From assembly GCA_964016885.1 (NCBI GenBank), contig OZ024748.1:58652001-58716000 (forward strand): DNA of 64,000 nt, written 5' to 3'. Each line of letters begins with the position of its first letter. Within the stretch, counting starts at the first letter, position 1. The translations under genes were made by a program, and so were the position numbers. Of this stretch, positions 1 to 13,555 are shown one piece after another. The stretch is from Eledone cirrhosa. Its lineage: Eukaryota. The notes beneath the pieces were generated by a model, which saw only the letters and a program-made list of their open reading frames with translations, made no database searches and was not told where the DNA came from.

Positions 1-2074
1 TCTTTTTGCCTAGTCATAGTGGCAATATAATTTTCACAATATTAAGACATAATTAGATCTTTCACAAGCTCAATTTAGGAATCTCATACTTTGTGTTTCG
101 AATCCATTTCAATGAGCTATCTAAGGTCTGTCTTTAAAACGTTAATCTTCCTGTTCATTACAATTCCCTTCTAAACGTATTTCACTGATCTTTCACGATG
201 TCACTATTTACTCTTTGCTAATTTTTTTCTTTTACAAAATTATTATTGATTACACGTAGAGATAAAGAGAGGTGATATGGTCCTATCTGGTACTTCCAGA
301 GCTTGTGGCAAAGAGGGAGGACGTTATCCTTAAATCGCATAACCCAGGTGAATAACTACAACCAGGTTAACTCCGCAAAAATACTTCCAAGGAACAGAGG
401 GTGAACAAGACGGTGAAATTAGGTCTACCACGCAATTCACATAGAATAGTTAAAAGAATGTTGATTTTATTTGGGCACAAAACCCGCAAATATGGAGGAG
501 AGGGATATGTTAAATAAATCCATCTATTGATTGAATGAGCTACTAAATCTTACTCAAATTACGCTCACAAAAATTTGAAAATGTTTTAGATAATATAGAC
601 TTGGAAATCTGATCTACAATAACAAAATATGATCGACGTGGCTGGAAAAGTTTTTTATGATAGGTCTATTTATCGAGCACAACCATGGGTGTAAAAATGA
701 TTTAACAACACAATTCCACAGGTAAACGGGGTCAAATAGTAATACTAAGACTTGAAAATTATGAACAGGAATGGAATTTAAATTTTAAATTAAACTTTTC
801 TAGCCAACACACAAATAATATTAGAAAATTTATCTCGTGATGAAATCTAAATTGAAATCTTAACCTTTGTATGGATATTTGTGATAATTCTAGTTATGAA
901 TGTCGCTGCTTATCAAAAAGCGGGAAACTTTGTGAAAATAGAAATTAAAAGGGAAAAATTAATGTTAATAGCTCAGTTGTATGTAATAAAAGTCATTTCT
1001 AAAGAACAATGACGTAAAGCAATGGCGGATAATCGAATCACAAAACAGGTAATCTCCGGATTTGCGAATTTAAGACAGGTTTTTTGTTTGATTCGTGAAG
1101 TTGGTATTTCCTTCTTTCGGGAAAAAAACAATAAAAAAAAACAAATTATTCTCATTCAGTTATCTCCAAAGAAAACGTTGAATGATTCTGTTGACATTTT
1201 AAGGAAGGAAAATGAATGAAGATGCATGCATAAATCTAAAACAAACAGAGATATTTAAATAAATGTAATCGATTCATTTTTTTTTTATATATTTTTAAAT
1301 ACCTTATTAAGTCGATTATAAAGTTAATTTTTAAGACGGTGTTGTGAATTCTGTAAAAGTCAAGCAATGTTGAACTTCTGATAATTCCGAAACAAATGAA
1401 GGCATCGGGAACAAGAAGAAAATTAAATGTTTTGTATTTCTGAATCTTAAATTAATTTCGAGGATTTCAGGGCGTTAACGGAGGAGATAGTGTAAAAAAT
1501 GTAAGACGTATTATTTTATTTTTATATTGTAAACATTTTCTTCAGTTTTTCTTTTCTTGCAAATAACGATATTTTAGAAAAACCAATGAAAGATCAGGCT
1601 TAATTGTCGATGAGATACAATTTGTAAAATAATGACACGCAATGCCTTATAGATAAAAAGAGACAGTAAAAATATTTAAGGATTTCAGTGATTCAAGATT
1701 AGGAATAATAACGGGTTCCAATTTAAGGATAACACCAGCACTTAGGTGCACAGGAGTATTGATTAAACCGGCCCCACTAGATACATTATTTCGTCAACGA
1801 AAACGGTGGTGTTTAAAGCCGCAATTGAAACGATCCTAACTAATTACTGCGAAAGGTCATGCCCGACATTCTAGTGATTCTGTGAATGAAATACCCTACA
1901 ATACGAATAATTACTGTTTGCTGTTATTGACGTAAAGCAGTATTTGGGATTGAAATACATCTAATTGATTACACAATACATTTTTAGTGCCCCTATATTC
2001 CAAGTCTCAAACATAACGGCGTTAACTTGGCTTTTCTAAATATGTACATAAAGTAACTAACATATATATATATA

Positions 2075-2356
<282 letters not shown>

Positions 2357-2383
2357 AGTTCCACAATAGTTAGTTCACCATAC

Positions 2384-2422
2384 TGGGAACAATTGTTTCA
2401 CATTGTTCGGATCTTCAGCCTT
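2384..2422 (-). ncRNA. Degenerate minimal hammerhead ribozyme (mirror copy)
   Basis: Minus strand aagg-CTGAAGA-tccgaacaatgt-GAAAC-AATT-GTT-ccca; core intact, stems I and II weak. Confidence 0.4.
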
Positions 2423-2479
2423 GTCTAAGTAGAGTTGTAGGTACAGTTGCTTTTCCTCTTCCGTACAATGTTATTTAGA

Positions 2480-2520
2480 CAGAGCTGATGATCCGAATAA
2501 TGTGAAACAATTGTTCTCGG
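2480..2520 (+). ncRNA. Minimal type I hammerhead ribozyme, partly decayed
   Basis: cagag-CTGATGA(2485-2491)-tccgaataatgt-GAAAC-AATT-GTT-ctcgg; gag/ctc stem I, palindromic stem III; same family as 44502-44541. Confidence 0.55.
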
Positions 2521-2613
2521 TATGGTGAACTAATTGTTGTGGAACTACTTCTACCAAACTCGTCCCATAGACTGAGTGCTCTACTAATACGGATATAACC
2601 CACCAGTGTTCTA

Positions 2614-2674
<61 letters not shown>

Positions 2675-2754
2675 CGAAGGAGGTGTGGTAAGGAATCAGA
2701 TGGACCATAACGCACCAGAGTACTGAATACTTAGGGTAGTAGAGTGGGTAATAG

Positions 2755-2858
2755 GAAAACGTTTGACCCCGACAGCAGAGCTCAAGCCGTTACGACGGCT
2801 ATTTCAGTCCAGAAATAGCCGTCGAAACGGCTTGAGCTCTGCCGTCGGAGTCAAACTT

Positions 2859-2862
<4 letters not shown>
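2755..2862. repeat. Fold-back element in (TA)n; same family at 25404-25640
   Basis: gtttgaccccgacagcagagctcaagccgt...acggcttgagctctgccgtcggagtcaaac; 2672-2732 is the reverse complement of ~25595-25655. Confidence 0.9.
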
Positions 2863-2943
<81 letters not shown>

Positions 2944-5900
2944 TGAAATATTCAAGGCATTAACTTAAAAACACAAATCTAAGCATATTTAGTCAGTAAC
3001 TCCATCGTATTTTTCTATTTCGGAACTACATTACCTTAAATGTTTGAATAAGTATTTCTCACATCAGTATAGATAAACACATTACTAGGGGGTAAACCGT
3101 TTGATTATATTCATCCCGATGACTGAACAATACTGTATTTTATCGAAAGCAGAGGAACAAAAAAAAAAAGATATCCTGATTGAATTGATGTATTCACGTT
3201 AGTTTTCTATCGTTTTTCCGATTTGAACTTGGAACGTAATTAGGTCCCCAAGAAAGTCTACCATCGATCACACTTTCGATTCAGAATACTATGAATATAA
3301 TCGCAGATAGCCGAATAGAAATCGCGTCATTGGGAACGGATATACAACCGCGGTAAACGTCATAGAGAAGTTATATATTTGCCTAGGGTAGAAGTCACAT
3401 TATTTAAGTACTATATAAAGAAACGTAATATATTTTAAACTGTGGGAACTGATATCAGTAAATATATGACAGATATACTAAAAACTCCTAATTTATGATT
3501 TAAGCCTCATCATAAAATAAATTTGTTCATTACCCTTTAAAGTAACAGATATTAGGTCGCAGCTAAGATTGTGTATATACATTTGTCTGTGCGTGTGCTG
3601 TGTTTATAGTGCGACTGTGATTTTTTTCTCCTGGATTCGTGTCAGCCAACGGTTCGAAAGTTTGATATTTCTCATCTAGAAATTGGCATTCCTTCTCTTT
3701 TTCAAAATGTACTACAATTATAAGAGCCAGCATGTGTATAATGATTTCTCAAATCGGCTAAATTTTATTTTCAAATCTTCCAGGTAGATTACACCCAAAT
3801 GTCGCCCGGTGAAGATTAGTTTAAAATTCTCTTAGTTGTATATATTTACATCTGATGTTTCTTTCCCTTGATAGTATAAATCTTTCATTTTTGTTAATAC
3901 GTTCTAAATGTCTTTGATAAGACCAGAGGTGGGGTAAATAGTCAGACTGTATGCTTGCGAATAACTGCATATATTTCGTTATACGAAGAGTTCAGATTTT
4001 ACCTTTCGTTCTGAAAGAATAGTAACCGTAGAAATTAAGGGTTATCCAACTATATCTCTTACAGACAATTATATTTCGTCCAAGATATTAATCAAAACTT
4101 TGTTTAATATATTTGCAAACAGTATCGTAAACCACATTAACAACTGTAGTCATTCACAATGTAGAATACACGTATTAAATGTAGAAAGTTTACATATTTT
4201 ATATCTTTAATTAGCTGCCATGTGTTTGAAAAGAGATAGAATGGAAAGGCATAACTTTCGTAACCTTCTCAGTTATGTTAATCATGTATTGAATGTATAT
4301 CACTGTCTATGAAAGTGACGTTGTAATAAGCGTACGCTGTTATATAAAACAATATCAGTTTCTCTACATGGGACAATTTGAACTTGAGTATAATAAGAGC
4401 GTATATTTAGGCTGGATTTAAACCAGTATATAAATAATTGTTAAATAAACACCCGCACATTGTTTTAATATGTTCATAGTATCTGACTTATCTACTTAAT
4501 TTTTTGTTACAATACAACAAACGAATATTCAATTTACTGTCTGGAGATTTTGATAATAATGCATGTAGATCGATAATGTAAAATGATAGGACTTAAGTGT
4601 TAAATGAGAATGTAATCAGTATTTAAAGATAATATGTAATTCATTTATATATTTTGGTTATAGTTTAGATAAAGCATCTGGAAATAGATAAAGATGTATA
4701 ATTATGTTTATCGCCTTGGTGCAAATCTAAATGCGTGAAACAGATAACGAAGTGATAATATGATTATTTTTAACCTAACTCGAGTTTATAGCAAGTATAT
4801 ACGTTAAATTATCTCGTCCGAAATAACTCAATGAACGTCTGTTTTGTTTTTATCGATTTCATTTAGTTTGGTGAAAGACTAAATTTGAAGAATATGGGAT
4901 TAACTCCAAACAACTATATCAGTGAAACAATTTGGAAACTTTACGAATACATAGTATAAACTCAATAAAATCGACCCCCTAGTATATTACAGTTCTTATG
5001 ATATTGGCTCTGAGGTAATATAAAGACCTTTGGAGCACATTTAATCTTGATTCTTTTGAAAGGAACAAAATGATATAAAGCATTTTGTTTCATCCGACAT
5101 TGATTCCCCCATTCCACGGCCACATATGTATGAATTATATATATATATATAAATAAGTTTGTTTTAAAACAGCAAGGGATTTCAAATATAATTAGAATAT
5201 AAACTTTCGCCGTATTTTCTACTAAAAGGATTTTAGCCTGATAGTGGGGTTTAAAACCCGTCTAAAATTGGAAAAGAGTGAATATTGACGTACATGTATC
5301 TAGATACATGTATAAACACACTCTTACAAATACATTTAAGTATATATATATGTACTTACGTGCATATGTGAGTCTGTATGTCAGTGTCTATATATATACT
5401 TGCATACATATGTGTGTCTGTATGCCAGTGTGTATAAATATATATATATATAACTCTACATTGGCATTAGTTATTATGGGCTTCATACCTTTCCTATGTA
5501 AGGTAATTAAAATGGTTCTACTGAGGAGTCGAACCTAGCTTAAGATACCAACTTTCCAAAGCTTTGTAACACTCTGTACGACGACATTAATTGTTTATTA
5601 CAGATACAACTATTATTAGCTTTAGTATATTATTTCGTCTCGGAAATAGTTAATTGAATCGCGTTGACTGAAATTTTATTTCAAATTATGAGCTAAATGT
5701 AAACATGGAGAATAAATTAGCAAAAGACAATTTCCTATCCAATTGTGTCTGCATTAATGTTTATCTTTGACTAAATATGGTTTGTTCGAAAACAAGAAAT
5801 AAAGAATTAATAACATTAATATCGATTATTGCCTCTCAATTTATTATCTTTTCACGCTAGAAACAGCAAAGTTTGAAAATTACTTTATTTTTAAAAACAA

Positions 5901-6399
5901 CAACTATCATTTTCCTTATTTACGTGCGTATTTAAGAACATTCAGAATTGTTCTATGCTATTTAGTTACAAAATTGTTTGCTATATCCATTAACTTATTT
6001 TCATAATTTTTCTCTTCTGTAATATTTATTAATAGCGTTAGCCCCATGGAGCAAACATTAATGTTTAACGTTTTAAAAACTACTCTACAAATCGAGTTGG
6101 AAAATGGAACAAACTTTTGATGACCTGATATTTATAACTTTCTTAAACTATATGTGAATAATAAGATTGATACTTTTAGTTTTCATCAAAGAAGTATTAG
6201 CGCCAAACATACATTGATAACTACTGTATTACACAAATAACTCAACTCTTATCCTACAGTGTTTATAAACGAGTTTGGTATATTCCTCTCCTCTAGACGT
6301 CCATGGCCATAGAGATACGATATTGTTGTTTTTATCATTCAAAGATATGCGGTATAGAATATTGCTGGATAATCTCATACTAATAAGGATTCCAGCGCC

Positions 6400-6530
6400 G
6401 AAACGAATAGTCGTTAGAACGCCAGATAGAATGCTTTATGGCATACATTCTGGCTCTCTGTTCGAATCTCGCCGAAATCAACTTTGTCTTTCGTCCTTTC
6501 GAAGTCGATAAAAAAGTACCGGTCTCTTAC
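6400..6530 (+). mobile_element. Old tRNA-derived SINE copy
   Basis: gaatagtcgttagaacgcc...gttcgaatctcgccgaaatcaactttgtctttcgtcctttcgaagtcgataaaaaagtacc matches the window's main SINE. Confidence 0.75.
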
Positions 6531-8105
6531 TTTGTCGATTCCTCCTCTATATCTCTTTCTCATGTCCTTTCTCTCACATTCTATACTTCTCTTGCAGGCC
6601 CTGAGAAGCATGGGCTCCACCTGACCTAAAATGCCCAAGAAGCACTGTATGTCAATACGGCATCCCTATGACTCTATACATACAATACAATAAGGATTCA
6701 TAGGATAGGCATAAGCTATTACGTTTTAGACGTACACTTGTTACACTTACTACTACTGCAAATTATATTTCCTTGTCTTAGATTACACAAAGAGGTTTAA
6801 TACTAATGCTACTCTTACGAATACTAATGATTTCAAACTAGGTTCAATTCTAGCAAATTTGAGACAGGTTGATTATATAGACTGGTACGTTATTTTATCG
6901 ACAACGAAAAGAATGAAAGCCCAAATTACCCATCTCTGGATTTGAACTCAGAACTAAAACAGCCGTAATAAATACGGTATTTATCTGACATTCTTACAAT
7001 CTCCATATACACCGCTCTACAGCATGTTACTACTAACATCACTGCTACTCTTGTATGTAATATAATTTTGTCTGATCCGTCAAGTATATTTATCATTTCC
7101 TGACATTTAATTACTTGTGTTGGTATGGAGAAATCTAAAAACTTTATAAAATACTATTTTACTGCATTAGTATTTACATTAAACCTTGGGAAGTTTGTAA
7201 ATTGAGATAAATTTGCTTGCCGTGGGGAAACGAAAATCATGATATTTCCAGCAAAGCTCCCCCTCCTTATTTTCCTTCAATAATCGAAAGGTTTTTGTTC
7301 AATAAATCAGGATTCTTCTTTCCCTATAGCATATCGAACGTCATGAAATAATTTGTTACTAATGCAGAGCCACACTATTTGCTTCGGATTTTACTTTTTC
7401 TTTATTTATTTCAATCCTAGAAGTGCATCATACCTAAGTCTAACTTTTATTCTAAACATATACAACACTGTTTTGTCAAGGGAAATCATTGGTGTTGTCC
7501 ATATTCTTCTTGCCAAGATTAATTTTTCCTATCAGTTCATGATTGAAGCAATGTGGATTACAGTAATGTTTTCGCAATGTGATTGTTTAACTATATGCAC
7601 GGCATTTCACCATATAACTCCTTCACTATACGCACGAATATCTATTGATATGTAAAGATTTAGTTTCTGTCTTTGTCCCTGTTTTATATTTCGTGAATGT
7701 AATAAATGAAAGAAATCTCAATGCGCCACGTAAATGTCTCATGATCAAAGCAGAAAAAAATCTAATTCGTTACACTGAAGAATGGTGAAAAAGACATGAT
7801 GTAATGGTCTATATATTTCTAAGTGGATACCTTCGTCTCTATCACACAGAGCAAGGGTGTCATCCCGGGACCCAAGATGTTAAATATTTCCACAGAAATT
7901 GTTATGTAATGTGATGAGAGTATTTGAGTTTCTGAAATGTTATACTATTGAAGTGCCGTCTTATCACTGTTATGTCTTGAAAATCAAACAAAAGCCGACA
8001 GATCCATGAGAATGACAAAGTTTTAATCATTCTTGGTTGTACTCAATTCGCCTTCCTTTATACCACAAATGACATTATGAATGGCATCTACACCACAATC
8101 TATTT

Positions 8106-8191
8106 CAGATCTACCAGCATCTAAAACCCCAAACGGGGAGTAACATAAAAAAGTGTCCCAAAATGTCCGACGGGGAGAGATGACAGCTCTG
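8106..8191. mobile_element. Short copy of the CAGACCTG-ended MITE family
   Basis: cagatctaccagc...gatgacagctctg with the internal aaaaccccaaacggggagta motif shared with other copies. Confidence 0.65.
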
Positions 8192-8881
8192 TTATCTGTT
8201 CCTTCGAAATACAGAGTTTCGATCTTAAAAGAAAAACGCTATTATTTCTCTTATTCTCATGGTTTAACACATTTCATATGACTATATAAAGTCATAATGT
8301 TACTATTTTACACAGTGACACTATTTTATCAGAGAGGTTATTTCTATGGAGTTTAGATCGTTGAAAGTTTCAAGGCTTAAAGGGATAAAATAAAATGTTT
8401 CGCTTTGTTTTATCAAACAGAGACAAGATAATACTAGTCTTCCTGGAATATAGCTACCATACAATTACTAATGAAATGTAATTTGTTCAGTATCTCTTAT
8501 AATCAAATTATACTAAAAACTAAATAAATGAGTGAGAGGATGGAGCGAATGTGGAAAGGAAAGAAACAATATGAAGCCTCTTTTTGTTCTTTTATAATAC
8601 TTTTCCCTTTCTCTATCTTTTGTTTCTAAATAATTCAATTATCCGAAGGAAGCAATTAGTAAACGCCATGGAAATTAACTTCGAATTGTTAACGTGATGC
8701 AGGAAAGATATGTTATTAGTCCCAGGAAGTTAGAAATGGTGTTTTGACATCAATGATGTTTCTTTTTGTGAATTGAAAATGTATCGATTAATTTATTTCG
8801 CAATCGATTATTTTCAATTATTATAGTATTATATATCATAATATTTTTATATTAAGATATCTGTAAAACATTTATATATAT

Positions 8882-9446
8882 ATATTGTTATACTTGGGGA
8901 AGGTCATATTGTTGTAATAATATTGCCAGAATTAATAAAAGCACACATTCACTGTTTGGTTGGTTTTCGCTTCTGTATCTTTTATATCAGTTAATTTATT
9001 CGGTCCACAATGTTTACCATTGACTGACCAACGTTCAAAAATACAGATATAATATAGACACAAACACATATATATATAGTCTAACAAAGTTCTTTCGTTG
9101 CGCATCTGCAACATCGTCAGTGGTGCTATTATGTTTCCTCCTGTTGCATTGTATGTCTACGCCATCTTTATTTATTTACAATGCAACAGGAGGAAACATA
9201 ATAGCACCACTGACGATTTTGCAGATGTGCAACGAAAGAAGTTTCTTAGACTATGTATATGTGTTTCTGTCTATATTATATCTGTATTTTTGACCGTTGG
9301 TCAGTCAATGGAAAATATTGAGGACCGAATAAATTAACTGATATAAAAGATACAGAAGCGAAAATCAACCAAACAGTGAGTGTGTTCTTTTATTAATTCT
9401 TGCAATATTATTACAACAATATGAACCTCCCCAAGTATAACAATAT
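8882..9446. repeat. Long inverted repeat (~270-bp arms, 23-nt spacer) with a hammerhead-like core in each arm
   Basis: Arms 8882-9153 and 9177-9446 are reverse complements with scattered substitutions; flanked by TA-rich runs. Confidence 0.95.
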
Positions 9447-9512
9447 TTGTTTCGACACACGATTTCATATCAAAAACATCGCAAAACAAATATATATATA
9501 TATACATACATA

Positions 9513-9611
9513 CAGGGTGTCCCAAAAAGTGTATACACAATTCAATAGCAATCAAATAAATATTGCCGTGGGTGGTAATCAAAGTGCATGTATATTTTGG
9601 GGGACACCCTG
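9513..9611. mobile_element. Tc1/mariner-type MITE
   Basis: ta|CAGGGTGTCCCAAAA...TTTTGGGGGACACCCTG terminal inverted repeats; left TA present. Confidence 0.8.
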
Positions 9612-10758
9612 TTTTCCTCTATATATATACTGTATTATGAAAAGCCCGGTACTTAATCCTTGAACTCATTAAACTACATGGGATTAACGCGATTCTTTAA
9701 CTCCGTTTTTTCATTTGATATACATTATATATATATGAAATATATGGAAGCTGTATTCTGTAGGCTTAAGAATAGGTTATATGGGGTCATGCACACACAA
9801 TAGTTATGGGTCTTCCATAGGTTTCGGTGATGATTTCTCATGTATTTGATCCACTGAACTACTTATTCAATAAATTAACGTGGAAGTGGCTGAATATTCT
9901 ATTATTATCCCTACGCTTAAAGTAGTTCCCATTGAGATTCGGCGTAACACTGAATGTGACTATGTTGGGCATTTGAATTACATATAGAATGTTCTTCCAG
10001 CCAGCTTTATTCCACAATGCTTGTAGAGATCAGTTCGCCATGCAGTGGCACGTAATTATTTGCAAGGAAATATTAAAATCCCTCACTTATGCATGGAACT
10101 TCATTCACCTATAAAAAGAATTACCACGAGATCTCGTAAATCAACGAGTTATCACGTTACTGCGCAGTGAGCTGATTTTTATTTTTATCGGTTACTTGGC
10201 AGAGTCAATGGAAGACCTGCCATACTTGCCACGTTGATGCAGTTTAAAAACCAGGCTGAATATTTGCAGATATGTTTGTAAACTGTGAAGCCCACCAGAA
10301 GAAGTGTTTTGTTATATTTTTATCACTTACTTGGCAGAGGAGGGGCGGTGTCCATAATATATTGAAGACCTTATATAGTTATTACGCAGGTTGAAGAATA
10401 TGCAGATATATGTCTACTGTAAATTGTAAACGCCACCTAAAGATATAAAGGTAATGTGCTAATGTTTAATTTCTAAGGTTGTTTTGGAATATTTTGATTG
10501 TGCAAAATCTTACTGAACATTTGAGTAGCATTTTCTCTCCTGGAGAAGTGATCGGGTGCATGTTATTATTGTCTCACATCAGCCCTAGTCGAGTAGATTA
10601 TTGATCAAATGCGTTCTAGCCGTGATTAACACCTCTTTGTTTTAATACTTTATATCGGATTATAGGATCTTATACTATTCCATTTCTTATTGAGTATGTA
10701 TTTTGTGAAATTTTATGTCACTGTGGCAATTCAAGTTCCTACATTGAAATACCCTTGT

Positions 10759-10854
10759 CAGAACTGTCACCGATGGGGGAGATTTCCCAACTGTCAACTC
10801 TCCCCATCCTGCTTCAATGCTCCCCGTTTGGGTTTTTGTAGGTTAGCAGTTCTG
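10759..10854. mobile_element. MITE with perfect 6-bp TSD
   Basis: ccttgt|CAGAACTG...CAGTTCTG|ccttgt; internal ctccccgtttgggttttt family motif. Confidence 0.8.
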
Positions 10855-12080
10855 CCTTGTAACAGTAGTCAGCCCGTTAGTATCATATTTCAAATTAATT
10901 TCTGGTTCAGGTTTTCCACAGCAAAGTTTTAATTAATACTGCAAGCTATCACTTCAAACATACTTGTTATAGTGTCCTGTCCATATAACACCATATAGAC
11001 GTAGATGCGACGATAATTTGTAAGATGAATGTTTTAGGAGTATATATATGTATATATATATATATATATCGATACAGGTAGGATGCGAACGAATGAGGCA
11101 GTCATCATCCAGTAAGTGTTCCTCAAAGAATTTTATCAATGGCTAAAATACGTATATTTTTATGTTGTGTCTGTTTTGTCAGAACATGGAAGACAGCACA
11201 TGACCTATCAAATTCTTCAATTAATGAATATCAGGCATATAAAAAAGTGTTTTACTCTTTCACTCGGCAGTTCTTTCTTGTTTTGTTTGTATTCACCCAC
11301 CCTACCTAGTGAGGGTAGTTCAATAACATATCTTACCAGGAAAAATGTATTCAAGTCCAGTTGCTAAAGAAAAGCTAATAAGTATTATCTACACCACCTA
11401 AACACAGCAGTACGAATACATAATAGATGCTATAGAATTTATATCTAATATCCATATCAAAACTTATTCATTGAATAAACTATGACATTTCGTCTGACCA
11501 TAATATTTGTATACGTATCCGTACATTAAACTACCGTCATAAATAGGTTATGCTATCTAAAGATTTCAGGTCTTAGCTAATACAACATTTTTAGTTCGCC
11601 GTGATAGTGATAAAGCCTTGAATATCTCCAAATTTATAACATAAATACTCAACTTGTGAGAATCTAATCAACTATTTAAACACATACAAAGCTGTTTGTC
11701 AACCGCATAACCAAGTAGCATTGACAAAGTCACATTCATAGAGACCTACAATGATTATACATTAAACAAATATATTGGAATAGCATTGGGAACGTGCTGC
11801 ATGAAGAGAAGCGTTCCATGACTTGGATAGAGAATCTAATCTGGGCCTATTTACAGTTTGGATTTTGTCTTTAAATATCTTATCTTTTACTATTTATTTC
11901 CAATATTTGAAGGTGTTATAGTGAGAACAAATATTTAAAATAATATAATGGAAGTTACTATTGATACGATATGCGTATTTCTCATATATGTGTGTTTATG
12001 TATATAATGCCATAAACTTATCCACACATTATATATTTATATATATATATATATATATAGTAATAATAATAAATTTGATA

Positions 12081-12115
<35 letters not shown>

Positions 12116-12654
12116 ATTTGCTGCTTTGTACGAAGTTTGTGGAAAGAATAGTGATTTACGTATCCGAATGAAAAAAATTACTTTGCGCATGTCTGTGGCA
12201 CGTGGGAGTGTAAATGGGTGCACATATTCCGACCTTAAATGTATCTCTATACTGGTATGATAGTTTTGAATATCAAAGGCTACACTAAAAGCTAACGTGA
12301 AATGTGCACTATTTCATATCAATTTTGAATAATGAATTCAATTTATTTTCTCAATAACTTGTACATTTCGATAAAATCTGTGTAACAGTAATTTATATCA
12401 CATGATGGGACAAATTTCGTATATCTTGGTTTGTAGTCAACTTTTACCCGAGGGCAAATTACTATATTCAATGCATCTATCTGAAATGTGTTACCAATAA
12501 GGAAATTTCGCGAGGTAGGACGGCTGTTGCAGGGAGTGTCGCTGGTCATTATCCGTAGAAATGCTTTTTCATGTTGTCTACAGCCGAAACACCGTTCTGA
12601 CTTCGGCATAGTCTGTCACCGTCTACCCTGCCCCCTTTTTTTTCTTCCATTGCC

Positions 12655-12805
12655 TAATAATGTTCTACTTTTGGCACAAGGCCAGCAATTATCCCAGTGT
12701 ATTACTGGTACTTTATTGTATCGACCCCGTAAGGATGAAAGGCAAAATTAACCTCGGCGGGATTTGAACTCAGTCCGTAAAGGGACGTAACTGTGCTGCA
12801 AAGCT
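12655..12805 (-). mobile_element. tRNA-derived SINE, 5'-truncated
   Basis: Reverse complement of gagttcaaatcccgccgaggttaa...tttcatccttacggggtcgata...gtaccagtaa. Confidence 0.85.
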
Positions 12806-13146
12806 CAATTGCCTAATATTTCTCTTTTTCCTCCGTTTACTCACACTTATAGCATTTATAGTATTTCCCAATGCTGTATTTTTCTATATGTTGACTAAAT
12901 ATTAGATTCTTAATTATTTTATGTAATTTTATCCAAGAAATATATCATGAAATAAAATACTACCATTAGAAAAGAAATTTTAAAAAAACAGGTGTTTATA
13001 GATATATTAGCTGCCGTTGTAAACCAAGGTTTTATTGCATTATTGTTTAATAACGTGTTACTAGTAATATATTATATTGTGAACCTTATTTTACACTAGC
13101 ATGAAATATATATTATATATATATATAAGCATCTTAATTATTTAGT

Positions 13147-13555
13147 AATAATGGTTTCTACTTTAGGCACAAGGCCAGCAATTTGGGGTGGAAAGGAAAG
13201 TCGATTAACTCCACTCCAGTACATTATTTGTGCTTTATTTTATCGATCCCGTAAGGATGAAAGGCAAAGATAACCTCGGTTGGATTTGAAATCGGAACGT
13301 AAAGAGCCATAAATCTATGCCGCGAAGCATGGAGTCCGGCAGTAATACTGAATAATGGTCTCTGATTTAGGCTGAAGGCCAACAATTTTTCGGTGGGGAG
13401 GCTGGATTATATCGGCTTGTGTGTGCCACTGGCACCCAGTAAGGATGAAAGGCAAATTTAACCTCCGTGGGATTTAAACTCAAGCGACGTGACTATATGC
13501 CGCAAAGCTTGTTGTCCGACGCTGTACCGATACTGCCGATCGAACTTCCTTAGTA
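13147..13555 (-). mobile_element. Two adjacent SINE copies
   Basis: Two repeats of aaggatgaaaggcaaa..taacctc...gattt.aa, each with an aggccagcaatt-type tail. Confidence 0.85.

Noticed and set aside
7770-7806. CTGAAGA-atggt-GAAA motif
   Set aside because: No UH triplet in register with the possible stem I
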